The notes under the pieces are model-generated. The model was not told where the DNA came from and made no database searches. It saw only the letters and a program-made list of their open reading frames with translations. A DNA stretch of 64,000 nt, from contig KV454016.1 of NCBI GenBank assembly GCA_001661245.1, forward strand, positions 371,381 through 435,380, read 5' to 3'. Of the stretch, positions 1 through 10,579 are shown piece after piece. The translations under genes were made by a program, and so were the position numbers. This stretch comes from Pachysolen tannophilus NRRL Y-2460 (Eukaryota). The number at the start of each line of letters is the position of its first letter. Positions within the stretch are counted from its first letter, which is position 1.

Positions 1-40
<40 letters not shown>

Positions 41-58
41 AAAAAAAACAAAAAAAGA
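1..58. repeat. poly(A)-rich tract
   Basis: 39 consecutive A followed by A-rich sequence at the window start. Confidence 0.9.
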
Positions 59-1652
59 AAAGAAGAAAAATCTTATCTGACATTGGACTGAAAAGTAGTT
101 GTGGGGTTTTTTCAAAATACATTCATTATTCAATAAAAATTTTTTAATTTTCCTTAATTGATTTACTACTGGTACTTTTTAATCTGGAGCTATTTTTAAA
201 ACTTGACTTCACCAGAGAAAGTTTGCAGCACATTCGATTACTCACCAAGTTTCTAAAGAAAACTAAGAACTACTTTACCATGGGGACAAAACCTATTAGA
301 AAGTCTCTTTCATTTCTGTAACAACCATTACTTGAGCTAGTTTCATATAAGATAGATGCGATTCATATGATCCTTTAGAAATGTATCTGATCATGATGTA
401 TAAGACTTACTTAATAAGTACTATTAAAAAAAATTAGCAAAGCTAAAGGAAAAAAAGACGGTGGTATATTTTACCATTTAGTACCCCTTCTAGCACTAGT
501 TAAAGCATAATGAATTTTCTTTAAATATCAAAAGGAACTATTTAAATTACCGGATTTAATGCTAAGTTATAATCTATAGTGTTTTAAAACTATGCAGGAG
601 CTTAAAAAAAGCTGTTGCATGCACTGCAAGAAATGCGTATCACTCTAACAATATTGGTCCACAGTTGGGGTCGGTATTAAAGATTTTAAAAAGAAAACCA
701 ATAAGATATAACTGTAATTGGGTTTTTCTTTTTTTTTTTATTTTAGTACAAATGATATTGGTCTTTGTAAACTCAATTTTTGTTGATCTTTAATAATTGA
801 TTTTGATCAACCCAAAAGTTGGGTTCTAGATTTGGGAATAAAGAAAGTTTAATGTTGAAAATTTTTCTTTCTTTCTGTTTTTCTCTTCCATTTTATAAGA
901 ACAAACTATAGTTGAATGGTAATTCAATTTTATTTTGAAAAATCTTCTTTAAAAAATGTATTGAGGCCAGTGAAACATTGATATTCTCCGTCAACAGTTA
1001 AAGCCTTCCGTTTTATTCTGCTGCTATTGTTCTTACCATCAGTTAGTAGCATTTTAATTAATTAAATGCATGTAGATTTCATATCGTATATTAGAGAGAG
1101 ATTTTTACATGTAAATTTTGTTCTGATTACATGGTTTAGGAAACTACCTGCCTACATATTTTAAGATTCAAACGATGGGTACTTGCTTAAAAATTCACTT
1201 GGTTAACTAACTATATTATTACTTTTGTCTATGGGTAAATCCGAAAATGACCTAAAAACAATCTGCACTTCAATGCCATTATATACCAATATATTTATAT
1301 ATATATATATACATTTTTTTTTTCTATCTAAAATATTTACTCAGTCGCGTAAATTCACTGAATTAGTTGGTGGTTGCAATTTTTCACAAGCTTTCAGAAT
1401 GCCTCGCGCTTCTTTGAGATACTTTTTAACTAAATGAATTGGGTCTTGGTTTAGCATTTAGTTTTATTAGTTGAAAAAAAAAAAGTAGCCATGTCCGAGT
1501 CTCATTAGGTATTACATAAATATAGTAAAAATTTCGAACTTGATTTGCAAAGAATTCAATAAATTGAGTTGGTAATAATTTTTAGAAGACGAAAATGAAA
1601 AAAAAAATAAGATGAGACAATCGAACTAGTATTAATTTTCTTTTTCTTTTTA

Positions 1653-2780
1653 TTATAATTCATCCCTTATATTTTTCAACATTTTATGGTTCCCACCTGG
1701 AAATATAACCAAATATTCAACAAATAAATCACCAAATTCATCTTCATTGTTATAAGCAGGCATACCTTTATTTTTTATTATTTCAACTTCACCATTTGAT
1801 ACCATTTGACCTTCAGGTCTACTAATTTTTAATTTATTATCATAATTATCTAAAAATGGTATTTCTCTTTCCCATCCACCATATAACGCTTCTTTCAAAC
1901 TTAAAACTTCTGTCCTGTATAAATTTTTACCAACTCTATGATAACCCATATTTCCATCCGCTACTTCTCTAAATTGTACTCTTAAATCTCCTGCTATCCA
2001 TTCTGGACTATGATCAGCTTCACCTTCTAAGATTTCAACATAATCTCTAGGAGTTCCAGGTTGTACATGTAATGAATGTTTTCTCACACTACGATGAACT
2101 CCATCTCCATTACATTTTTTACATTTATTTTTTATAATTTTACCCTTACCACCACACTTGTTGCAGGGCCCTTGATATTGTTGAAACATTCCTGGAGCCA
2201 ATTGTCTCTTTACAATCTTGATACCACGTCCATTACATTCATCACATGTGTGGTCTTTACCATCAGCAGAACCATGACCTTGACATTTATCACAAATGTC
2301 TTGCATCTCTACTTCAAAATCTTTTGATACACCATTATAAAATTCTTTTAATGTAAAATCAGCAGAAGTGGCAATATCATTCCCCCTTGGCTTTCTTTGC
2401 TGTCTCAGCTGTCCTCCACCACCACCACCGCCAAACATGTGTGCAAATATATCTCCAAATGGGTCATTATGCTGTTGTCTTGGATCTCCACCTCCATTCT
2501 TAACAGCATCAGCACCATATCTATCATACACCGATCTCTTTTCATCATCACTCAACACATCGTACGCTTCGCTCACTTCTATAAACCTATCATGAGCTTC
2601 TTTATCATTCTGGTTCTTATCAGGGTGATACTTCTTACTTAAAACTCTATAAGCTTTCTTAATTTCTCTTTCATCTGCATCCTTAGACACACCAAGGACT
2701 TTATAATAATCTACTTCGGCAAGAACAACCGTAGCAATCACTAAGAAATTAAACAACAAGAACTGAAATAGAAACTTCAT
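1653..2780 (-). CDS. SCJ1: ER-luminal type I Hsp40 (DnaJ) co-chaperone
   Basis: Signal peptide, J-domain with HPDK, CxxCxGxG zinc-finger repeats, C-terminal RDEL ER-retention signal; ATG at 2780. Confidence 0.93.
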   Translation of the reverse strand: MKFLFQFLLFNFLVIATVVLAEVDYYKVLGVSKDADEREIKKAYRVLSKKYHPDKNQNDKEAHDRFIEVSEAYDVLSDDEKRSVYDRYGADAVKNGGGDPRQQHNDPFGDIFAHMFGGGGGGGQLRQQRKPRGNDIATSADFTLKEFYNGVSKDFEVEMQDICDKCQGHGSADGKDHTCDECNGRGIKIVKRQLAPGMFQQYQGPCNKCGGKGKIIKNKCKKCNGDGVHRSVRKHSLHVQPGTPRDYVEILEGEADHSPEWIAGDLRVQFREVADGNMGYHRVGKNLYRTEVLSLKEALYGGWEREIPFLDNYDNKLKISRPEGQMVSNGEVEIIKNKGMPAYNNEDEFGDLFVEYLVIFPGGNHKMLKNIRDEL

Positions 2781-2984
2781 CAAACAGTCAATTCCAAGTA
2801 GAACTATCTATCTATCTATCTATCAATCTAAATATATATATATCCACACTTGATATCTTTTTTTGCCTTTCAATCTTTAATCTTGAATTAAATATTAATA
2901 ATATATACTTTTGGTATAAAAATGAATACTTGTCAATTTACGATCAAAAAAAAAAATTGAAAACTGAAAAGTGTTGAAAAATTG

Positions 2985-2990
2985 CACGTA
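2985..2990 (-). promoter_or_regulatory. possible UPRE-2 (Hac1) element TACGTG upstream of SCJ1
   Basis: cacgta on the + strand, ~200 bp upstream of an ER chaperone; short motif, may be chance. Confidence 0.3.
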
Positions 2991-3062
2991 AGAACAAAAG
3001 AACAAAAGAACGAAAGAACGAAAGAACGAAAGAACGAAAGAACGAACAGAAGAAAGAACGAA
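2991..3062. repeat. tandem 8-bp repeat (AGAACRAA)n in the SCJ1/DML1 divergent promoter
   Basis: agaacaaa x2, then agaacgaa x5, then degenerate copies. Confidence 0.85.
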
Positions 3063-3108
3063 GGAAGGAAGAGACTAAGAGATTAAGAGAGATTAGTTTT
3101 TTGGGAAA

Positions 3109-4638
3109 ATGCATGAGATCATCAATATCTCTTTATCACAGTCGGCTAATCATTTGAATACTCATTTCTTTAATGCGCAAGAAAGTTATTTAGACTATGT
3201 TAAAGGTGTTTCTAATTCAAAAGTTGAACCTGATATATTTCTTAAGCCAACAACAAATTTGTTAAGTAATACGGTCTCGTATAATCCTAGAGCATTATTA
3301 TGGGATGCAACTGGTGGGTTTGGAGCTTTAGGTAAATATGAGTATTTTGAAAACCTGGATCAACAAGATATACCAAAGAATGTAGTAAAAAGTCAAATTT
3401 TACCAAAGATTGCAAAAAACGAATATCAAAAGGCATTGGATAGTACTGAAGATAGTAGTCAAGAGCTGGATTTAAATACTTGTAATACTTTGTATTGGTC
3501 TGATTATTCGAGAGTCATATATGAACCGAAATCTTATAATTGCTTACAAGATTGGATATACGACCCAAAGAAATCAACAACTAAAGCTATATTGAAATCT
3601 ACTTATAATAATAATGATCCTCAATATGTGAAATTTTTTGAAAACTATGAAGTTGGTGTTGAAGAGTTTGCAAAGGATAATCAAGGAGTGGACTTTTTAG
3701 AGGATAATTTTAGAAATTGTTTAGAAAAATGTGATGGTCTTTCTGGGTTAAATTTGATTGATGAAATAGATTCATCTTGGGGTGGTTTTGCTTCTGAAAT
3801 TTTACTAGAAATAAAAGATGAATTTTTACCCAAGACAAGTATATTTACTTGGAATATATATGAAAATAGAGGTAATAGTGAATTGGGGACTTTACTGTTA
3901 CTTTCTCGTATTAGAAGTACAATATCAATTTTGAAAAATTCTTCAATATTTATTCCAATTAACTTAAGACCTAATAATTTACCTCAATTTTTAAAAGATA
4001 AAGTAGATTTGAATAGTTTATGGCATACATCTTCTTTACAATCGATAATTTTTGAAAGTTTTAATTTATTACAGTGTCGAAGAACAAATAGAGTTTTCAT
4101 GACTGATATTGAAAATGGGTTAACCATGGGTACTAATAGAAATTTAGTATCTGATATTAATTTAATGATTTCTGGAATTAACTCAGATACTAGTGGGATG
4201 ATTGATTTAACAAGTTCTATGTTTGAAGAATTTGATGCAAAGAAAAATAGAGTTTTCTCCAGGAGTTGTATTTCAAGATCTCCACACCAATTAAAAGATA
4301 TTAGCTTTGATCATGAAAAAAATTTGGGTAAGATGGAAAATAATAAATTGTTGGAATATGGAACCTCTTCTAAAGGTTTAGTAAATTATAAGACGGATAT
4401 AGCTTTCAACACACCTTCTTCTTTCCCACAATCAATTATTTCAAAAAAAGATGCACTTTGCTGTTCTTTAACAACATCAACTAAGGTAAGATTTACTTTT
4501 AAAAATATGAAAAAATTTGTTTCAAAAACTTTAAAAAATGATGACAGAGAATCTTTAATAGATGAATTAGAAACCTACTGTCAAGAATACGAATGGGGGT
4601 ACACAGAGGATGATGAAAGTGATGATGATGATTATTAA
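3109..4638 (+). CDS. DML1: Misato/DML1 tubulin-like protein (mitochondrial DNA inheritance)
   Basis: MHEIINISLSQSANHL...HFFNAQES N-terminus, PRALLWD, YWSDYSRVIY, LEKCDGLSG, SSWGGF; acidic tail. Confidence 0.93.
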   Translation: MHEIINISLSQSANHLNTHFFNAQESYLDYVKGVSNSKVEPDIFLKPTTNLLSNTVSYNPRALLWDATGGFGALGKYEYFENLDQQDIPKNVVKSQILPKIAKNEYQKALDSTEDSSQELDLNTCNTLYWSDYSRVIYEPKSYNCLQDWIYDPKKSTTKAILKSTYNNNDPQYVKFFENYEVGVEEFAKDNQGVDFLEDNFRNCLEKCDGLSGLNLIDEIDSSWGGFASEILLEIKDEFLPKTSIFTWNIYENRGNSELGTLLLLSRIRSTISILKNSSIFIPINLRPNNLPQFLKDKVDLNSLWHTSSLQSIIFESFNLLQCRRTNRVFMTDIENGLTMGTNRNLVSDINLMISGINSDTSGMIDLTSSMFEEFDAKKNRVFSRSCISRSPHQLKDISFDHEKNLGKMENNKLLEYGTSSKGLVNYKTDIAFNTPSSFPQSIISKKDALCCSLTTSTKVRFTFKNMKKFVSKTLKNDDRESLIDELETYCQEYEWGYTEDDESDDDDY

Positions 4639-5289
4639 TATATGTATATAGATATTGCTACTGCCTAATAAATTTTAATGTTTTGAGTGATAAAAAAAAA
4701 AAAAAATAACTTTTGTCTGTTTTGTATATAACATAAATCTATAGGTATCACTGGAAGACCAACCTTAAAAACTTAATTCTCTAACAACTATTGACTATTT
4801 CCTTCTAAAGCTCAAATCTCTTTTTTACATCTCTATCGTTAATATAACGGGAACCAAGCTGGAAGGAACCAAACGGTAGCTAGGCGGTAATCCAGGCGGT
4901 AATCCTAGCCGTGGAATCAAGCAGTTGGAATTAAGCGGTTGAAAAAGGGGGTAATTCTTTATGTCCGAAAAATAACCCCGATTTTGTGGTGAAAAATAAA
5001 AACCTAATTAATTTACTTAAGAAGGGAAAAGAAGTTAAGAAGAAGAATAAAAGGAAAAGAAACATCAAGATCAAAAGGCTTGCTTGGAAAGCTTGTGAAA
5101 GCAGCTTGAGGATTTTGGAATTTGCTATTCAAATTTTTTTTTTTTTTTATGCTTTTTTTGCTAATATCGAAACCAGAACCTTAGTAAGAAGCAATTTGTT
5201 TTCTTTAAAACACAATAAAACAGGATCAAGATTGAAACCAAAAGGTCAAAAAAAAAAGACATTTTTGTTATTAATCTAGCTGACGAGAC

Positions 5290-5670
5290 ATGCGTTCCTT
5301 ACCACCTCCAAGGTATTCCAGATACAGGACTGCGAGGCGAATAGGTAGGGCCATAAGACTATCGTTCACCACGGGTTACATATCAGATTCAAGTGCTTTT
5401 AACAAGAGGAAAAGACAATCCAAAACCAAAATCAGAACAACTCGATTGACAAGAAGAACTACGACAAGACCAAAAGTACGGACAAAGTTGAACCAAAAGT
5501 TAATAAGCACTGCAACTAATGGCGTACTCCCAATGGACGAATTATACTTGAGTGGTAATGACACAGACGAGTTTATCGAAAACGTTTCAAAGTTTAGAAG
5601 ACTTTGCAACTGGTTCAGAAGGGCCGGAAGGAAAAGAAGAGGCAAGCTTGATGTCGAGTTCAGACTATAG
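5290..5670 (+). CDS. small Arg/Lys-rich hypothetical protein (126 aa)
   Basis: ATG-started ORF, GC-richer than the flanking intergenic DNA and free of long homopolymers; no recognised family. Confidence 0.45.
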   Translation: MRSLPPPRYSRYRTARRIGRAIRLSFTTGYISDSSAFNKRKRQSKTKIRTTRLTRRTTTRPKVRTKLNQKLISTATNGVLPMDELYLSGNDTDEFIENVSKFRRLCNWFRRAGRKRRGKLDVEFRL

Positions 5671-6387
5671 TTTTTTTCTCTTTTTTTTCAATATCTCCAT
5701 CTTTATCTCCATCTCCATTTCCATCTCAAAGTCTATAACCATGGCAAAAGCAATCCCAAACAGCTCGGAAAAGGGGGTAAAATAGGGGTAAAGGAGTGTT
5801 GGTGAACCTGTCCAAGCTCAAGCTCAAGCTCAGAGCAAACCCGCCAAAAAAAAACAAAAAAAAAAGAAAACACCCGGTAACCGCCCGCAACCACCTGCTA
5901 CCACCTGCTACTGCCCGCTTTTCACCTGCTTTCCACATGCTTTCCGCCAGTTTTTTTTCCCCAAGAACCCCGCCTACTTATTGGCACAGGTTTTTGCGGT
6001 GCGCGGGCGAAAAAAACCGAAAAAAAACCAAAAAAAGTCTGCCAAAAAAACTAAAAAAAAGGTGATAAGTACCAATTGATAATCGATTTAAGAGAGCAGT
6101 AGTTGTAAATCGAGGATGATGGCAAGTTATTAATTAATTTGTGAAATTGAATCAATCAAATTACGTTGGTTTTCCAAGTTTGAGATCTTGTATATCTATA
6201 TATATATATATATAATTGAGTAATATTTGGTTTTTGAAACTAGTATTAATTTCCTTTTTTATTTTTTTTATTTTATTATTAGTATTATTATTATTTACTT
6301 TAAGATATTAATTTAACTTGCTAGGAAAAAAGAAATTTAATTAATTGAAATAAACGCCTTTTTAGCATTGGTTTATTCTCTGGAAAG

Positions 6388-8655
6388 ATGTTGAAAGCGT
6401 TGGGTAGAAATGGTTTCAATGCTAATATTTATTTGAAGAAGAGAGTTTCATTAGTTGATTGCCATGCGGGTATAAGTTTATTTATGATCCAGTCCAGACG
6501 GTACGCGAAGATAAAACCAGATAACAATATCGTTGAAGAAGATAATGAGGATGATAATAAAGACTATGAGATTGACTTGGTCACTTTGAGGAGAAGGCCG
6601 AAGATTATTAAAAAGCAGGAGAATGTGAATGTGAATGAAGGGGACAAGATGGAATCCAAGATGGAATCCAAGGCAGAGGCTAAGGCGGGGGTCAAGGTAG
6701 AAGCCAAGGAAGAAGCCCCTGAGAAAAATCTGTCTTTTGAAGCTTTTATCAAAGATTTTGAAAGTGAATTAAGTTTTTTGAAAAAATATTTGCTTTCATT
6801 ATCAATTAAAAACCCTTTACAATTCTTGAGTTGTTTAAATGAAAAAGATTTGAAATCTTTTATCAGTAATTTCAAAGTTTTCACTATTACGAATAATAGG
6901 AATGGTAATGATATGATTTCAAATAATCGTTATAGGTTATATCAAATGTGTAATATCTTAAAAGATAATAGTGATTTTTTCAAAAAAATTTTTAAAAATT
7001 ATTATGAAGAAATTTCAAATTCTGGAAAGAAGTTAAGTGGTGAAAATAGCAGTATTAAAGATGTTTTAAAAATTTTCCAAAAACCAACGGTTAAGACTAT
7101 AATAAAGGACCCCGAACCAAAGGAAACACAAAAGAGTGACCGTTCTGATGTTCCTCCTTCATCTAATTTTGAACCTAAGATGGATGATTACCTTTCAGAG
7201 TTTAATCCGAAAAAGAGTTCAATGAAATCAATCCATTTGCATGATGAGCATGAATCCAAAAGTTTCCTTGAGAACAACAATAAAATTAATGGAGAAGATT
7301 TGAAACAAGACAATAAAGTTTTCTCTTTAAAAATGAGAAGAGAAGAAGATCAGGCTTCTAGATTGAAAAAACAGGAAGATATTAAGTATAACACTGATAC
7401 TAGTGATAAATTTGAACTCTATTTTGATGAGAAACTGCAAAATACCCCACAGCAAGAAAAGACAAATGAAGAATCTTTAGAAGATGAAATAAGGGCTAGA
7501 TTTTTGAATAGCGGTAATAACAATCACAAATTCTTCCGTAATAAAGTTAATGATAATAAAGATTCATCTTTAACAGGGATGTTATCTAAAGAGTTTAATG
7601 TTGATTTATCAAATGACGAAAAACAAAATATAGCCAAAGATACTGAAAATACGATTCTTGAAAATTTAACAGCGGAAGAAATCAGAAATAGTTATCAAGA
7701 ACTATATGGTGACTTGTATAACAAGAAAGATGATGATATTGATAATAATATTGCAAACGGAAAAGTCAATAGAGAATCTGGCATTAGGGCTTGTAATAAT
7801 GTGCAAAAGATAGAGGAGCACAAACAGAATTTTTTAGAACTGAAAAATAATGTGAAATCAGAAGATGAAAAAATTTATATGGAACCAACAGTAGAATCAA
7901 TTGAAAATTTTTTGAAAAATGCTAAAATCAAGAGTGCTAATAAAAAGGAAACAACTTTCCGTCAACAAAAAGCTTACGAATGGTCCAAGTCTCAATTAGA
8001 TAAAATTTCTTCTCCTTTGGAACTATTATCAAATGGCAAATTTTTCACTCCAAAGTTGATTCCAAATACTTTGATTCCTACAAGCTCTATTAAAAATGTT
8101 AGAAAAAATAAAGGTTTTGTAAGATACAATAGCAATCGTGAAGATGATTTGTTCTTCCCTAAAACTGAAAACACAGCCAAAGAATATGTATTGTTGACTT
8201 CTTCCGGAAAAACGATCGATTATAATGGAGGACTTATACCACCAAATAGTTTTATTAAACAAGATCTATTTACAATATTATCTTCTTTGAAAACTCCAAA
8301 AGCTTTTATCAGAAACATAAATAGATTACACAAAAGAAATTGGAAGTTAATTGGTAGTATTAATAATAAAGATGATCAAAATAAGATTTTGGTTTTTGAA
8401 AGATCATTAGATTTTAAGAGGAATCGCAAAAGTGTTATTTTCAATAAGCTCAAAAATTTATTGGCTGTCATTGGATTTACCACTTTAAGCTTAATAAGCT
8501 TGAGTTTCTTTATTGAAAGTGACCCCTTGTATCAATTTTTAAAACAGGAAAATAACAAGAACCAGATTAAGGACGTACTTCAGAATGATGATGATATCAT
8601 TATTTTCAATGATAGGGGCGACAGAAAAGTTGTTGGAAATTTCGTTAACAAGTAG
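6388..8655 (+). CDS. uncharacterised 755-aa protein, possible mitochondrial membrane protein
   Basis: Long ORF; basic N-terminus ending in an RRYA-like cleavage motif; hydrophobic segment near the C-terminus (LLAVIGFTTLSLISLSFFI). Confidence 0.75.
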   Translation: MLKALGRNGFNANIYLKKRVSLVDCHAGISLFMIQSRRYAKIKPDNNIVEEDNEDDNKDYEIDLVTLRRRPKIIKKQENVNVNEGDKMESKMESKAEAKAGVKVEAKEEAPEKNLSFEAFIKDFESELSFLKKYLLSLSIKNPLQFLSCLNEKDLKSFISNFKVFTITNNRNGNDMISNNRYRLYQMCNILKDNSDFFKKIFKNYYEEISNSGKKLSGENSSIKDVLKIFQKPTVKTIIKDPEPKETQKSDRSDVPPSSNFEPKMDDYLSEFNPKKSSMKSIHLHDEHESKSFLENNNKINGEDLKQDNKVFSLKMRREEDQASRLKKQEDIKYNTDTSDKFELYFDEKLQNTPQQEKTNEESLEDEIRARFLNSGNNNHKFFRNKVNDNKDSSLTGMLSKEFNVDLSNDEKQNIAKDTENTILENLTAEEIRNSYQELYGDLYNKKDDDIDNNIANGKVNRESGIRACNNVQKIEEHKQNFLELKNNVKSEDEKIYMEPTVESIENFLKNAKIKSANKKETTFRQQKAYEWSKSQLDKISSPLELLSNGKFFTPKLIPNTLIPTSSIKNVRKNKGFVRYNSNREDDLFFPKTENTAKEYVLLTSSGKTIDYNGGLIPPNSFIKQDLFTILSSLKTPKAFIRNINRLHKRNWKLIGSINNKDDQNKILVFERSLDFKRNRKSVIFNKLKNLLAVIGFTTLSLISLSFFIESDPLYQFLKQENNKNQIKDVLQNDDDIIIFNDRGDRKVVGNFVNK

Positions 8656-9319
8656 GATTCACGGTTACGAATTAAGATTATGAATGGGAATGATTTACAT
8701 TGGGTAGCGGTTAATCACGGTGGATAATTATATTTGGTACTTTTGAAGTTATTTTTGGTTTTTTTTTTTTTTATTTTTTTTTCTTTTTATATATATTTGG
8801 TTCTCAATTGCTTCTTTATTAACGAAACTTTTGAATTTGAAAAAAATTCTTCAATTCTTTTTACTATTTTTTTATTATCTTTCTTTTATTCATTTTTTTA
8901 CAATGTGAGTTTTATACTATCTAATTATAGTATTTTCATATAACATTACTCTTTTTTAGTTGAAAATCGTAAAAAAAAAAAAAAAATTGGCTGGTTAATA
9001 CCAATTTCCTTTTTATTTAAAAATGATATAATTAAATCTTTTATCTTTTTTTACATATCAAGCGATAATTACATCATATCACAGAAGATCTACAATAAAC
9101 CATCATAGCTTATCTAAGGTTTCCTATATTATACCTAAAGTTACTCAAATTCAATTCTAATAAAAAGTCACACAGAAAAAAAAAAGTATCAAAAAAATTT
9201 TACATCTAAATCGTAATGAGAAAGAATCAAACAAAAAAAAAAAAAAAATAAAAAAGATAAATTATAGCTCTAAACCGTGATACACCCTCAACATACTCAT
9301 CTCGACTTTAAAAGTCTTC

Positions 9320-10579
9320 TTAAGAAGAGTAAATAACGTATTTAGCTTTACCTGAGGTGACGGCAACGGTACATCCGTCAGTACCATCACCATTGTAGGA
9401 ACCATTTTCGTAGATACATTCTCCGTTAACAGTTGAGTCATCATCGTAAGCAACAATTTTGACGTTGAAGTTCAGAGCATCCAAGTTGTTTGGATTTGGA
9501 ATCAATGATAAGTAAGAAATACTGTCATCACTTCCAGCACCGAAATTCAAAGGAGCCCAGTTACCGACACCTGAACCTGAAGTACCCCAGATACAACCAT
9601 CTTCATAAGAGACACCAGCATTGTTAACATAGTATTGAGCTGAGGTAGTTTCACCTTCCCACATGTAGTAAGTTGCTTCATCGACAACGGTTAATGGTTG
9701 CTCATCACCAGCATCAACAACGGTTGGAATAACCATATCTTCAGTACCTGGGTAATCAGTTCTACAGATGGCAACAGAGTCATCAATTTCAGAGACAACA
9801 ACGGCTGAATCAACACCCCATTCACATAAGTAATCATTACTTGAAGATTTGTACAAGTAACCATTGTCACAGTATAAACCACCAATAGAGACACCACTTG
9901 AAGGTTGGTCAGAAGGCCATTGAGTCTTTGACATACCTGGTTGACAAGCATAAGAACAGTATGAACCATCTTCACAAGAACCACCGGTAGATCCGTCAGA
10001 GTTTTCAATACCGGACCAACCACCGAATCCCAAATAGTCCAAAGCGATAACACCTTGTCCTGATGGGAAATCAGTACAAGCAACAACACCATCAGTGAAA
10101 GTTTCTGTTGGATCAACGTACAATGACAAATCACCATTAATACCTCCTGAAGATGAAGAAGAGGAAGAAGTTGCCGAAGAAGTTGTTGAACTTGCTGTGG
10201 TGCTTGCCTCAGTTGAGGATGAAGAAGCAACGGTTGAAGAAGTTGACGTAGCTTCGGTAGAAGATGTCGACGACGATGATGATGATGACGACGAAGAAGA
10301 AGAAGTAGTTGTAGTTTCAACAGAAGTTGAAGAGCTTGTTGTTGATGAAGAAGTTGTTGAAGTAGCAGAAGATGATTCTGAAGTCGAAGTAGCAGTACCG
10401 TAAACGGTTTGACCTTCATTATTGACGGTAACTGTAACATAGACATAATCATAAGCAACAGCACGCTTGTGCATGTGGTGTCTGTGACCTAACTGAGCAT
10501 TGGCTTGTGGAGCTGGGAATGCAGCAGCAGAACCCATCAACGCAGCAAAGGCGATAATTGTAGCTTGAGAAAATTTCAT
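9320..10579 (-). CDS. SUN4: SUN-family secreted beta-glucanase (SUN4/SIM1/SUN41-type)
   Basis: Signal peptide, HRHHMHKR Kex2-type site, Ser/Thr tract, SUN domain ([35 protein letters not shown]); tandem with AYR1 as SIM1 is in S. cerevisiae. Confidence 0.92.
   Translation of the reverse strand: MKFSQATIIAFAALMGSAAAFPAPQANAQLGHRHHMHKRAVAYDYVYVTVTVNNEGQTVYGTATSTSESSSATSTTSSSTTSSSTSVETTTTSSSSSSSSSSSSTSSTEATSTSSTVASSSSTEASTTASSTTSSATSSSSSSSGGINGDLSLYVDPTETFTDGVVACTDFPSGQGVIALDYLGFGGWSGIENSDGSTGGSCEDGSYCSYACQPGMSKTQWPSDQPSSGVSIGGLYCDNGYLYKSSSNDYLCEWGVDSAVVVSEIDDSVAICRTDYPGTEDMVIPTVVDAGDEQPLTVVDEATYYMWEGETTSAQYYVNNAGVSYEDGCIWGTSGSGVGNWAPLNFGAGSDDSISYLSLIPNPNNLDALNFNVKIVAYDDDSTVNGECIYENGSYNGDGTDGCTVAVTSGKAKYVIYSS

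Noticed and set aside
190..420. Coding-like sequence near the window start (possible pseudogene relic)
   Set aside because: Stops interrupt the frames I read and there is no recognisable motif.
8653..8727. 23 open codons after the TAG of the 755-aa gene (possible readthrough)
   Set aside because: TAG-G is not a leaky context and the extension has no recognisable targeting motif; likely chance.
9691..10464. Alternative-frame 257-aa ORF and antisense ORFs over the SUN gene
   Set aside because: Shadow ORFs produced by biased Ser/Thr codons; no independent coding signal.
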